NCBI RefSeq assembly: GCF_001194135.2
Contig: NC_068988.1
Coordinates: 61,324,600 to 61,359,339 of the forward strand
DNA from: Octopus bimaculoides
Taxonomy: Eukaryota
DNA length: 34,740 nucleotides
Direction of reading: 5' to 3'
In this document: positions 22,841-34,740 of the stretch, in pieces
Numbering within the stretch: the first letter of the stretch is position 1
Layout of the letters: the number at the start of each line of letters is the position of its first letter
Program-made: the position numbers and the translations under genes
The notes under the pieces: model-generated
Seen by the model: only the letters and a program-made list of their open reading frames with translations
Told to the model about the DNA's origin: nothing
Database searches by the model: none

Positions 22841-22877
<37 letters not shown>

Positions 22878-25035
22878 AGGAACGGATACGATATATAAGA
22901 ATAAAAACAAAATGTATGAAAGGACATATTTTACATTTATAAATACAAAGACACGAGCCACATCTCGCTTACAGCTCTCTCTTCATCCTCTCTTTTCATC
23001 TGGCCATTTCAACTTTCTCCTTACCATTATAATCTTTAATCCTACCCTAAGCTTAATGGAGAGCAAAACAAAAAGAAGAGAAATAAAAAAAGAAGAAATG
23101 AAAAACAAAAGGAAATTTATGTACAAATCAACTTCATCCGTTTTGTCTGGTTTTCGATATAAAGGCGCCATTTCTTCTCAACAAACGAAATAAAGAAAGG
23201 AATGAAAAGTTACTGAATAGAGCACATAGGTTAGAGAGCGTCAAGGCTAGGAAATCTGCCGCCATCGTTTAAGCTATACACTTTTATTCCATTGCTTGTT
23301 ACCAACAAATAGAGCAGCCCTGCCGCACATTATTGTCACTATGATGGCAGCCACATTTCTAAATGTTTCATATTAAAGACAGACTATTTGTCGTAGTTGT
23401 TAGTCTTGATTTTTGTCGTAGTTTCAGTTCTTGTTTCATGATATTGTTGTTTCCATTTGTGCTGACAGAAAGGAAGCTTCTGGTGATAAAGTACATTATC
23501 GTTTTGTGAAGATGTGAAGTTACTAGTGGTTGCCGAAGTGGTGAGGGGTTGTATTAAAGAGTAGGTTATCCTTTGTGGATCATTACAGCGTAGTTTCTGC
23601 TATTAGTATTTAGCCCTGGGTTAACTCCACCTCATTAGACCCATCATACAACGGTTTTCCAGATTACCTGTCCCCTCTTTATGCTGTAAAATTTAGGCTC
23701 GCATTACCTTATGTGACATCCCTGCATTTTAGATAGAGTAGAATGTTATTTGACTGCTACCTTAATCCATAAGGCGTTCGAGTGTATTTGGTTTTGATTA
23801 TACATTTTCGCCCTCGAAAACTTATATATGTATATATATATATATATATATNNNNNNNNNNNNNNNNNNNNNNNNNNNNNNNNNNNNNNNNNNNNNNNNN
23901 NNNNNNNNNNNNNNNNNNNNNNNNNNNNNNNNNNNNNNNNNNNNNNNNNNNNNNNNNNNNNNNNNNNNNNNNNNNNNNNNNNNNNNNNNNNNNNNNNNNN
24001 NNNNNNNNNNNNNNNNNNNNNNNNNNNNNNNNNNNNNNNNNNNNNNNNNNNNNNNNNNNNNNNNNNNNNNNNNNNNNNNNNNNNNNNNNNNNNNNNNNNN
24101 NNNNNNNNNNNNNNNNNNNNNNNNNNNNNNNNNNNNNNNNNNNNNNNNNNNNNNNNNNNNNNNNNNNNNNNNNNNNNNNNNNNNNNNNNNNNNNNNNNNN
24201 NNNNNNNNNNNNNNNNNNNNNNNNNNNNNNNNNNNNNNNNNNNNNNNNNNNNNNNNNNNNNNNNNNNNNNNNNNNNNNNNNNNNTATATATATATATATA
24301 TATATATATGCATATGTATGTATATGTACGTACGTGTCTTTTAATGGCCAGTGATGTTGAGGAAGATGAGAAGAGGGAAGCAATCGCATTAATGATGATG
24401 TTGATTGATGATATCAACGGTGTTGATAGTGTTGAATTGATGACGGTGCTGTTGCGGCTGCTGCTATTGTTGATGATGACGGTGTTGATGTGAAACGACA
24501 TTAATGGTGACAATGATGTCCAAAAGAAAAAAAAATAGCATTCTGATTTTATTTATAATGCCTGTATTGTGGTATTAGCAAAATGGAAAAAAAAAGAACG
24601 AAAAAAAGCAAATGATGATGGTGGTTGAGGTGTCCAATGAGTGACGTTGTTGCAGACGTGACGGAGGCACTATAGAGGCCATTAATTCTAAAGTTACTAG
24701 TGGGTGCAATCGTTAATGTTTGTAATAATGTTTTACCCTACAGTGTTCCAAGTATTTTAGCGTGTCATACATCGTTACTAACGTAATGCATTCATAACAA
24801 AAAAATTTTTTAAACCAACAACTGTATTAACTTGTTTAATAACTTCGATAATTTCTGTCGGTTTGTGTGTCTGTTCTTTTTATCTGATTCCCATATTTAG
24901 AAATATCTATAGAAGAGTCGTAAATAGAAAATTATATACATACATGCATATAGTGGTGTACCTGTGTGTATATATTTAGATATGTGGGCAGGTGAATAAA
25001 TGTATACCTAAAGTATGTATATATATTTATATTTA

Positions 25036-25174
25036 AAGAGCAAAGACCCACTTCAGCAATGCACCTAGAAAGTTATCCTCCGAGGTACAAGTCGAGGTGA
25101 GGTTATTTGTGGAAGACCAACACTCGGCCATACAAACCGGCTTTCCTTCTTCACGCCACCGATGTTATCTAAGA
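25036..25174 (+). mobile_element. Fragment of an unclassified dispersed repeat
   Basis: gcacctagaaagttatcctccgaggtacaagtc...ggttatttgtggaagaccaac...cacgccaccgatgttatc resembles an octopus repeat I recall; single copy in this window, so unconfirmed. Confidence 0.3.
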
Positions 25175-25179
25175 GTGTA

Positions 25180-25212
<33 letters not shown>

Positions 25213-26364
25213 TGGTTTATGCATATATTAATATTATCTCAGTTATTAAAACTTTCGATAATTTAAATACGTTAATAGTTACCAGAGGTAGCAAAATTAC
25301 ACTAAGAAACACGATATCACAGCCGTTTTACAGGTAGAGATACCAAGTTGAAGTGATACATTTTGAGAAGATAATGGATAATAATAATTGACATGCGTTT
25401 TGCTCCATTTATCATTATCTATATCTATATATCTATATCTATNNNNNNNNNNNNNNNNNNNNNNNNNNNNNNNNNNNNNNNNNNNNNNNNNNNNNNNNNN
25501 NNNNNNNNNNNNNNNNNNNNNNNNNNNNNNNNNNNNNNNNNNNNNNNNNNNNNNNNNNNNNNNNNNNNNNNNNNNNNNNNNNNNNNNNNNNNNNNNNNNN
25601 NNNNNNNNNNNNNNNNNNNNNNNNNNNNNNNNNNNNNNNNNNNNNNNNNNNNNNNNNNNNNNNNNNNNNNNNNNNNNNNNNNNNNNNNNNNNNNNNNNNN
25701 NNNNNNNNNNNNNNNNNNNNNNNNNNNNNNNNNNNNNNNNNNNNNNNNNNNNNNNNNNNNNNNNNNNNNNNNNNNNNNNNNNNNNNNNNNNNNNNNNNNN
25801 NNNNNNNNNNNNNNNNNNNNNNNNNNNNNNNNNNNNNNNNNNNNNNNNNNNNNNNNNNNNNNNNNNNNNNNNNNNNNNNNNNNNNNNNNNNNNNNNNNNN
25901 NNNNNNNNNNNNNNNNNNNNNNNNNNNNNNNNNNNNNNNNNNNNNNNNNNNNNNNNNNNNNNNNNNNNNNNNNNNNNNNNNNNNNNNNNNNNNNNNNNNN
26001 NNNNNNNNNNNNNNNNNNNNNNNNNNNNNNNNNNNNNNNNNNNNNNNNNNNNNNNNNNNNNNNNNNNNNNNNNNNNNNNNNNNNNNNNNNNNNNNNNNNN
26101 NNNNNNNNNNNNNNNNNNNNNNNNNNNNNNNNNNNNNNNNNNNNNNNNNNNNNNNNNNNNNNNNNNNNNNNNNNNNNNNNNNNNNNNNNNNNNNNNNNNN
26201 NNNNNNNNNNNNNNNNNNNNNNNNNNNNNNNNNNNNNNNNNNNNNNNNNNNNNNATACATGCGTACATAGCCTACATGTATACATATATATACTCATATA
26301 ATATGTATGCAGATGTTTACATATATCTATCTGTACCTCTAAATGTGTGTGAGAGTCAAGTGGA

Positions 26365-26400
<36 letters not shown>

Positions 26401-26401
26401 A

Positions 26402-26439
<38 letters not shown>

Positions 26440-26594
26440 CACACTCACACACTCACACACGGGTGGAAGCGAATGCATTATTTCTTCTCATCCTCTGGTT
26501 TCAAATCTAACGTTTCACTTCGGCGTTGCTGATAAAGAAAATATCTACTTCATTGTTGGTGCAGCACATCCTCTTTCGCATTAACACTTTCTAG

Positions 26595-26613
26595 ACGTTC
26601 TGCTCGGTCAAAG
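26595..26613 (+). other. Candidate 19-nt micro-exon
   Basis: ctctttcgcattaacactttctag|ACGTTCTGCTCGGTCAAAG|gtgaga: a good acceptor and a strong AAG|GTGAGA donor. Confidence 0.3.
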
Positions 26614-27107
26614 GTGAGAGAACCGAGAGGATGCCTGCGTTTGTTTCGCAATTACATGAACACTTAAGAGAATCAGTGGCAGGAGAATATAGGTTACAAA
26701 GTCACCTATTGCCAACGACAACCAGAATTTAGTTTAATCCTCCTACATACACAAAACATACACGTGTGCACAAACGAATCCTTGCACAGGCCTGAGTGCA
26801 TTCTATATTTAGAGACCATTTAGACGCGTCAGTCTGTTACAGATATTCCTATCATACAGCTATCTATTCTTTCTCTTAAAGGGCCCATCATATTATCGTA
26901 CCTGGCCAGAGCTTGACAAACTATTTACATGAATGGTTAATGACCGTCCATTGAAATTGATTATACAACCAGTCTGAAACAGTATACCAATCAAGAGCAA
27001 CATAGCTAAAGGCAAGCTATAGAAATTCTAGTAAAATGACCAATAATGGCTATCTTTATCTATTGATTATATATTTTTTGTTTTCTTATTCTTCCTTATT
27101 GTTTCAG

Positions 27108-27292
27108 GTGTATATTTTATCCTAATTGTTTTTCTTGTTAACGTTAGCTTCAAAGCAGTACAGATCAAACCACCCTATCATCATTATGATGAAAGACGTT
27201 CCAACAATGACCAGCTTTCCTTTTTGTACATCTGCGACTATTGCCATGGATATATTCTTTCTGCTCAATCAGTCTTTTTAATGGCGGTATAG
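27108..27292 (+). other. Candidate coding exon (60-codon open frame after a strong acceptor)
   Basis: ttttttgttttcttattcttccttattgtttcag|GT GTA TAT...; translates VYFILIVFLVNVSFKAVQIKPPYHHYDERRSNNDQLSFLYICDYCHGYILSAQSVFLMAV*. The other two frames close within 12 codons. Possible donor GCG|gtatag at 27287. Confidence 0.3.
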
Positions 27293-27359
27293 TCGCGAAT
27301 ACACTACACATCATTCATTCGCTCGTCCCATTTCGCATGGAATATCCAGGATGGGCCAC

Positions 27360-27440
27360 AGAGAGAGAGAGAGAGAGAGGAAAAAGAGAGAGAGAGAGAT
27401 AAAGAGAGAGATAGAGATAGATAGAGATAGACATAGAGAT

Positions 27441-27475
<35 letters not shown>
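27360..27475 (+). repeat. Compound (GA)n/(GATA)-like/(TA)n microsatellite
   Basis: Direct inspection. Confidence 0.95.
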
Positions 27476-27736
27476 NNNNNNNNNNNNNNNNNNNNNNNNN
27501 NNNNNNNNNNNNNNNNNNNNNNNNNNNNNNNNNNNNNNNNNNNNNNNNNNNNNNNNNNNNNNNNNNNNNNNNNNNNNNNNNNNNNNNNNNNNNNNNNNNN
27601 NNNNNNNNNNNNNNNNNNNNNNNNNNNNNNNGCATAATTTTAACGTAGGTTACCAAATAAATTCGTAGTTTGAAGAACGAGATGAAGTATAAATCATTGT
27701 TACACATTTTATCCTAATTGTTGTTGCTTATCTTAG

Positions 27737-27852
27737 TCTTCTTCTTCTTTATCTTCTTTATCTTCTTCTTCTTTATCTTCTTCTTCTTTATCTTCTTCTT
27801 CTTTATCTTCTTCTTCTTTATCTTCTTCTTCTTTATCTTCTTCTTTATCTTG
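27737..27852 (+). repeat. 15-bp minisatellite (CTTCTTCTTCTTTAT)n built on a CTT triplet
   Basis: Periodic TTTAT interruptions of (CTT)n, mostly every 15 nt, some units 12 nt. Confidence 0.92.
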
Positions 27853-27909
27853 TTCTTTCTCTCAGTCGATCAGCTGATGCATATTTTATTGTCACCTCCA
27901 TCCCACAAA

Positions 27910-27998
27910 TTAGAATAATTCAAAACCTAAAGATTCAGAAGAAATGCCGCTAAGCATTTTGTTCGATGAGCCAGCGACCCTGCCACTACACCGCCTTA
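27910..27998 (-). mobile_element. SINE family A 5' head fragment
   Basis: gaaatgccgctaagcattttgttcga...ctgcca...ccgcctt matches the reverse complement of the family A head. Confidence 0.65.
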
Positions 27999-28469
27999 AA
28001 AAATAATAATAAATATAAAAATTATAAAAATAATTATAATTAAAAAAAAAACTCCTTTTAATGCATCTTAAAAAAGCTATTTATTAATGACTCTATTTAT
28101 CAATGACCTTTCTCATTGCTGTTTTCTAAGATATAGATATGCCACTACCTTTGCACAAGCGATTGTGTAGCCTTCCATTTGTTTGAATTGAAACAGAATA
28201 TTGGAGACATATCACAGAATGCTTAATGATTTCAATTCATTAAATAAATCAATATATTTCATCATAATTTAGGCATACTGTAGTAAGAAACTATTTTCAT
28301 TAATCCTATTCCTCGTAACAATCCCACATCCATAAGCCCTGTGGTTTTTTCCCTCCTGGCCATGCTGTCCTTCATTCATGGTTTTCTAGTTGTTGTGAAG
28401 AAAAGCCAATTACTTCATAAGTTTTGCCAACTCTATTGGAACAGTCAATTACATCCTACTTATTCTTTG

Positions 28470-28590
28470 CTGAAGATGTTGGGCTAACGATATAAAGATC
28501 TTGTGTTCAATTCCTGGATCGAACTGTGCATTGTGTTTTTCAGCAATAAACTTCATTTCACGTTGTTTCCGGCTATCCACTTGTACTGCA
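28470..28590 (+). mobile_element. Possible third tRNA-derived SINE family fragment
   Basis: B-box-like gttcaattcc followed by ttgtgtttttcagcaataaacttcatttcacgttg, reminiscent of CORE/Ceph-type central domains; single copy here. Confidence 0.4.
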
Positions 28591-29534
28591 ATGTGACAGA
28601 GTTTTGGTGAAACGCTCCAGAAATCCAAATGTCTCATTCTAGGTGGGAGTCAAGTGGATGACTTTCGCGACTGTTGAAGCACCGTAATCGTTGGATGCAC
28701 AATTTAGCTTCCCTCTATCCACCACATTGTTAATCTTCACTTCTGTCTTATATCTGACAGCCTCTCTCATTCCATCTCTCATTCTTTATCGGCGGTATTA
28801 TAGTTTGCTTTCAAGTATTTATATGTATTTATATTAGTTTACACTTTTTCCACCGCTAAAGACTTTTGTAGTTCTGCAATAGCTATTAGAAATTTCTCAG
28901 TGTTCAGAGTGAATATAATCTATCTTTGTCTGTTTGTGGTTACTGTATTCTAACTGCAGTTATTACTTTCCTTGTTTTCCTATTTGATCTTGCTAATTCA
29001 CTTAGCTCCACGTTCAGAATAGCATAACTTTAACATATTAACTGAAACAGAGTAATGCTATTTTTGACATTTAGCTCAGTTTTAAGGATTAATCTAATGC
29101 GCCTATAATATCTATTTGTAACCTTTTCTTTCATCGGCATGCGCTCCAGTCTTTCTAGATAATTAATTTCTAGGTATTTGGTTTAATCCTCTTATCTCTA
29201 CTTCGTTATCTAACTTGTTATTAGTGGCTTTAATTAATTTTCCTCTCTTCAAAATTACCTAGGTAACATTTCGCAAACCAAAATTCATTTAACGTTTCTT
29301 TCCTGAATCCGTATATAGTGCATAACAAACTTTCTGGCTGTTTGAGATCGACAGTATTCAACTTTATGCGATCTCTGTATTTCACTGATGTTGTATATTA
29401 AGTCGATGCCAATTTCTCACCCCTGAACGCTCAAAATAATTGGTAATTCCAACTCATAACGGAAAAGATCTAATTTTGTATACAAGGTATATATTGCCCG
29501 ATGCGCTACGATTCTACCATCCACAATTCAAGAG

Positions 29535-29835
29535 AAATAATAAGAGCAACAAAGAAGCATTTTAGAGGGGAAGGGAATAATCGATACAATCGCCAGAAAT
29601 ACTAGGTACTTTTCTTTGATTCTGCTGCGAGAAAAAGCATAGTTGACGTCGGCGGAGTTTGAATTTAGAAAAACGTCGAGAAAAAATAAAGCATAGATGT
29701 TACTGATTTCGGTACAAATCCATCAAATTTAGAGTGATGAAGTTGGTCGATTCCATTGATCCCAGTACTAGGTTACTAATTCATTTTATTGGATGGTTAT
29801 AGAAACTAAAGTAAAGTTGACTTAAGCGGGATACC
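29535..29835 (-). mobile_element. Two old, heavily diverged family A SINE remnants
   Basis: gtcggcggagtttgaatttagaa (about 29648-70) and ggtcgattccattgatcccagtac (about 29745-68) match family A motifs in reverse. Confidence 0.45.
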
Positions 29836-30070
29836 CTGAATTCACACCTCGAGGACAGCTTGCATTTAACCACAGCGGGATCGACAAATATTGTTCCAAT
29901 CAAGTACTGATCTCGAGGACATCAACTGATATCAGCCATCGAAGCTGCTGGTTTGCACCTAAATTAGAAACTTTAAGAAATCATATTGACGATGATGAAC
30001 AACATGATAGTGGTAAGGAGGAGCAAATGATATATGCACAAAACACATACTTCAAATAAGACTAATATTA

Positions 30071-30174
30071 GATTCAATTTATGGCACGAGGTCAGCAATT
30101 TCGAGGAGAGGATAAGTCGATTAGATCAATTCCGGTGCATAACTGGCACGGTAAGGGTCCTCCCAGCTCGCCGC
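30071..30174 (-). mobile_element. Internally deleted family A SINE (type-2 tail)
   Basis: Minus strand gcggcgagctgg is joined almost directly to gtgccagttatgcac...taatcgactta...ctcgtgcc. Confidence 0.65.
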
Positions 30175-30504
30175 GTAAATTAAAACTAATATTAAGCATG
30201 TTTTTCATTGAATAGCATACATTTACAGCACTCTTTCTACGTTTGGTCGAAAGCAACAACTCACAAACATATATTGTCTTTCCCTTGGCCACATGTTTAT
30301 AGAAGAGGAAATGATTTTTATAAAACTAACGAAAGAAGAGATGATAATTCTTTCCACTATAAAACACAAGACCTGAAACTTTTGTGTAGAAGTATAGTTG
30401 ATCATATCAACTTCAGTAATCGATTGATACTATTTTATCGACTCAAAAAGCATAAGAGTTTAAGTGGACGTCGACGGAGATTCATTTCAGAACGGAAAAA
30501 AAGG

Positions 30505-30514
30505 AATAATGATG

Positions 30515-30576
<62 letters not shown>

Positions 30577-30780
30577 TCTTTCTGCTGTAGGCACAAAACC
30601 TGAAGTTTTTGGGGAGGGGACCAGTCGATTACATCGACTCTAGTGTTTCACTGGTTCTTAATTTATCGACACGTAAACGATGAAAAGCAAAGTCGAACTT
30701 GGCGGAATTTGAACTCAATATGTTAAAACGGACGATATTCTACTAAGCAATGCGCCAGACATACTAACGATTCAGTCAAT
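30505..30780 (-). mobile_element. SINE family A, near full length, type-2 tail ending in (ATT)n (30505-30576)
   Basis: Plus strand gcaaagtcgaacttggcggaatttgaactca...ctaagca...ctaacgattc is the reverse complement of the head; agtcgattacatcgac is the core; the simple-repeat tail sits at the 3' end. Confidence 0.88.
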
Positions 30781-31282
30781 ATAGCAATTCAGTCAAAATA
30801 CTGCGAACATTATTTTTCAGTAACTCATTTAAGTATCTAAGCCATACATGGTCAACATGTGGTCCACAAGATATTTTAGATGTTACATTTTAATGAAAAA
30901 CAACCTTGAACATTTTAGTAGTTCGGTCCACTCGACAATGTGCCATGTCTCAAGCGGATCGCTTTGCGAAAAGGATCGCCCGTATCTGCCATTCCACCAC
31001 ATTTATGACTTTAGATTCCAATTTAAAATATAGCAAACTAGCAAAATCTTTAGTGCGTTGGACAAAATGTATTGAAATATTTTCTTCTTACACTTTATAT
31101 TCAAATTATGCTGGGTCCAGTTTTACCTTCTGTCCTTTCGAAGGTCTACAAAATAAACTGCCATTCATGTACTGAGGTGAAGGACATTGGCCTACAACAT
31201 TTCAAACTTGTTGTCCTCCAGAAACGATTATTTAAATTGGTATAGTGTGATTTAAAGTAGTTTTGATGGCTTTTTCTTTCAG

Positions 31283-31367
31283 GTCATAATATGCTTGGAA
31301 GGTTTTCCTCTTATTCATGCAAACCGATTTTCCTACTACGGACGTTTATTACAGCAAAACTGCCACC
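31283..31367 (+). other. Best candidate exon in the window (85 nt)
   Basis: ttttgatggctttttctttcag|GTCATAAT...GCCACC|gtaagc: consensus-quality acceptor and donor. Two frames are fully open, and the third has an ATG-initiated 17-codon frame. Confidence 0.45.
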
Positions 31368-31628
31368 GTAAGCGTTCGATATTTTATTGAAATTTTATTT
31401 GTAACTCACCCAGAATTCCATGAGAACAATATCATTTTAAGTTGATTCTAATTCAAGATCTTCCAGGACAAGTTGTAGTAATCTCATCATTCTCACTACT
31501 TCAACCCCGCTAGACGTGTAACAATGTGAGATTATGAGCACGAAGAGTTGATATTTGTTTGTATATAAAGAAGTACGTATGAATATGCGTACTGGTGCAG
31601 ACGTTTGCAATTATATTTATATATATGC

Positions 31629-31663
<35 letters not shown>

Positions 31664-33003
31664 CATGTTATATGTGTTATATGTATGCAGATAGAATAAG
31701 AGTAGAAATAGAATAATTTCAGAATCATTCTCTTGTAAACTTTAGTAAGATAATTGAATTGCTAATACTCTCATTTAGGAGCGGAGAATTATCGATAAGA
31801 TGCAATATTTTATAGGATTGGCAGCAACATTATCAACAGCTACAACGACGAGAACGTTGACAACAACGTCATTGATATTCATGATATGTATATGTGTGTA
31901 TGTGTGTGTGTGTGAGTGTGAGTGCGTGTGTGTATAAATGTACATGTAGATACATATATACATTTATGTATATATGTATATATTCATATGTATGTATTTA
32001 TGTGTGTATTAATGTTTGTATGTAAGTAGCTCTTTGTCTCTCTGTCTCTCTGTCTCTCTCTCTCTCATTATTTATCTAGATCAAGTTATATTTCTCGATT
32101 TGTCGATATCTGAGACCATTTCTTTAGTCTCTCGTTTCATCTACGTCCCTGACTATCAGTCGGTCTATATCTGTTTTGCTCTAATTGTATATGAAGTTAG
32201 ATACATAGAACGCTAGATAGGGAAATACTGATTGGTCGTCAAGAATTCGAGTGATATGGGAGTGCGTGTAATTTTGTGTGTGTGTATTTATGTGATATAT
32301 ATGTAAATGTATATATATATATATATATATATNNNNNNNNNNNNNNNNNNNNNNNNNNNNNNNNNNNNNNNNNNNNNNNNNNNNNNNNNNNNNNNNNNNN
32401 NNNNNNNNNNNNNNNNNNNNNNNNNNNNNNNNNNNNNNNNNNNNNNNNNNNNNNNNTATATATATAAGTTTAACCATACACATACACTTGTAAGTACACA
32501 AACATACATACATATATGCGTGCGTGTATTCGTCTGTGCACACATGTATATCAGTTGTGGTCTGTGATATATGTCTGTTTTCAATTATCTTCCCTCATAC
32601 GTAGCATCTAATTTGATAATTGCTTGATAAGTAATTTATTCAGAGAGTTTAACGAAGTAATTATGACCGTACGACGATATTATTAAAAGTTATTGCTAAA
32701 ATATGTATAAATTCATAAGCAGTGCGTCCAGTCGATAGCAATACTTGATATTATTTGTCATCGGGAAAATAAGAGAACAATGGACTATTATATATAAAGT
32801 CATTATAACAAATTGGTCGTATCATTGAAACAAGAACGAAGTTAACACACACATATGTTTGTATAGGTATGCTTCCATACAGTCATACATATATGCATAG
32901 ATACATTGGCACACATTCAACACACATGAATGTACACATATACTTAAACTCAAGCATACATAAGCATATATGTATGTCAGCATGTATAGACATTCATACA
33001 TTC

Positions 33004-33006
<3 letters not shown>

Positions 33007-33079
<73 letters not shown>

Positions 33080-33132
33080 GTGTGTGTGTGTGTGTGGGGT
33101 GTGTGTGTGTGTGGGTGTGTGTGTGTGTGTGT
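33007..33132 (+). repeat. (TA)n followed by (TG)n microsatellite
   Basis: Direct inspection. Confidence 0.97.
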
Positions 33133-34045
33133 CTGTGATTATGTATTTGTTCCTGAATGCGGATGGACTTCTGGTTATCTTGTTGGTCTCTCTATACAAA
33201 CGTATATATATGCATTACTCATATAGAAAGATTTATAAGCATGAATGTGAAAAGCGTGCTCAATACTTGATGTAGTATATAGAGATTTCTGAAGGAAAAT
33301 ATCGATCTGGAGTTTCATGATTCACGCCACTGCGATCTCAAACGATAACAGAACTCGTTGTCGATTGTATATTTATTTTTAATGGTGTGGTACATTCTCA
33401 TACTTGTATTTATTCATTGGTTTGCGTTTGCTCATTGACTTTGATCTTTCTGCCATTTTGTTGTTTACTTTTGATGATACGACTTTTGCTTAATGCGCTT
33501 TTTCGCTCTAGATTCAGTTAATACGCAGTTTTTTGCTGGATGTACATTAACTTCCATCCAGTAATTTTTACATGATATGTAAATATGCTTGTAATTGCCT
33601 CTAAAAACGTAATTACTTTGGGTTTTGTTGTCTCACGGGAGGGTCATTATACCAATAATCAACCTACACACTGTTTAATGTTCACTTCTTTTCTTATTAC
33701 TATTCAAATGGTTAAATATCGAGCGAATTAAATAACTGAGTATTTGATTAATTTTTTGCCTTCAATCAGTCATCTAATTTTATCGGGATATTTCGTTGCT
33801 TACGCCATCCAATCAATTATTTTTCAATAAGTGATTAAATATCAAGAATCTTACAAACTAAATGCAAAAACGAATCATTTCATGATTCCCCCATTCTAGG
33901 AAAGTGTTTCAATTTCAGTATATTTTTGCGAGTGGTGTTTTGTAGGTTATGATATTCTAAGTGTTTCTGAGCGTGAGCATCTATAATTCATTAGCAAATT
34001 CATGTGTGTGTGGCTAGAATATTTGCGATTTCAAATTACTAAACA

Positions 34046-34190
34046 GCAGAACTATCGGATTTTCAAAGCGGTCGTACTGTTGGGCAATCTGAGGCTGGTC
34101 TTAGCCAGCGAAATATTGTCGAAAAATCTTCAAATTCCTCTTGCTACTTTTAATAGAATTATAGTGCAATTCAAAAGCCAAAGAAAATAA
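34046..34190 (+). pseudogene. Tc1-like transposase N-terminal (paired-like HTH) remnant with a +1 frameshift
   Basis: AELSDFQSGRTVGQSEAGLSQRNIVEK / NLQIPLATFNRIIVQFKSQRK matches the Tc1-family pattern ELS.FQRG.IVG..EAGLS.R.IA..L.IP.STV.R.I. No ITR or DDE domain identified. Confidence 0.75.
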
Positions 34191-34740
34191 TCTTTTCACC
34201 ACTTGATATTGGCTGGCTGAAGAAGTGGCTTCCTTCTTGCTGTTCTGCCATAATAGCCAAGTTTGTGGAGATACCTGACAGCTATTCTGGGACTGACATA
34301 AATCTTTTCTTGCAACAATTATTCTCTACACTTCAGTAAACAAAGCAAAGTTTCCCGTCAGAAGGCCCTAGTTAACCTGGGAAAATGATGTGAACTCCTT
34401 CCCCTCTCTGGTGAATTGCACAATCACCCTGTTAATTTTAGAAAGCAAGCTTCCAAGATTTTTGCAATTTTACGCTAAGACCACTTTCAGATTGACCAAC
34501 AGTACGACCTGTTTGAAATTTGGATAGTTCCAAGGTTACTTTTGTGTGTAGCATGGTTAAGCAGTCAAATATTGAACCTCACACATAAAAAATATCAATT
34601 ACTAAAAAATTTTAACATTTTCAAATTAAAATAAACATAAAACAATATTTTATGTGGTGACTGTTTACTTTTGTCATGTCTGTGTATGCTTAAAATATCC
34701 ATGTAAAATCTTCACTCTTTACTTTCTGTGTGCACGTATA

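Noticed and set aside
27737-27852. Regular repeat array that might suggest CRISPR or a DKEEE-repeat protein
   Set aside because: Contiguous tandem units with no unique spacers, eukaryotic context, and no ORF or splice support; a simple minisatellite.
3791-33275. Numerous long ORFs in the supplied track (up to ~400 aa) with poly-X, HTHT, YIYI, CVCV, poly-L/S/T tracts
   Set aside because: They are read-through of N-gaps and di-/tri-nucleotide microsatellites, which lack stop codons; not evidence of coding.
34257-34530. Segment with exon-like piece (KFVEIPDSYSGTDINLFLQQLFSTL) and a longer stop-interrupted frame
   Set aside because: No family recognised; it may be sequence adjacent to the Tc1 remnant. 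Mentioned only as a possible continuation of the candidate exon chain.

Overview
AT-rich eukaryotic (animal) genomic DNA from a fragmented assembly: 16 N-gaps totalling about 5.0 kb, most bounded by (TA)n/(CA)n/(GA)n/(ATAG)n/trinucleotide microsatellites. The dispersed tRNA-derived SINEs look like the families I recall from Octopus genomes, so a coleoid cephalopod source is likely (recognition, not a database result). No complete host gene can be identified, and most long ORFs in the supplied track are microsatellite/N read-through. Well supported features: (1) about 15 SINE copies or fragments of 2-3 families; (2) an internally deleted mariner (Hsmar1/cecropia-like, 30-bp ITRs, TA TSD) at 9675-10543; (3) a Tc1-like transposase N-terminal remnant at 34046-34190; (4) a truncated Penelope-like element (PLE) at 13072-13650. 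The PLE is the most unusual object. Its GIY-YIG-like C-terminus is duplicated in inverted orientation as a ~300-bp palindrome, and its 3' region carries a tRNA-like Pol III cassette, a (TAA)n spacer and a minimal hammerhead-ribozyme-like motif. Other notable signals are a second, decayed hammerhead-like motif (9355-9413), a compact RFX X-box + CRE promoter-like module (14922-15041), a pre-miRNA-sized hairpin (21173-21232) nested between an inverted SINE pair, and several unverified candidate exons judged only by splice signals.
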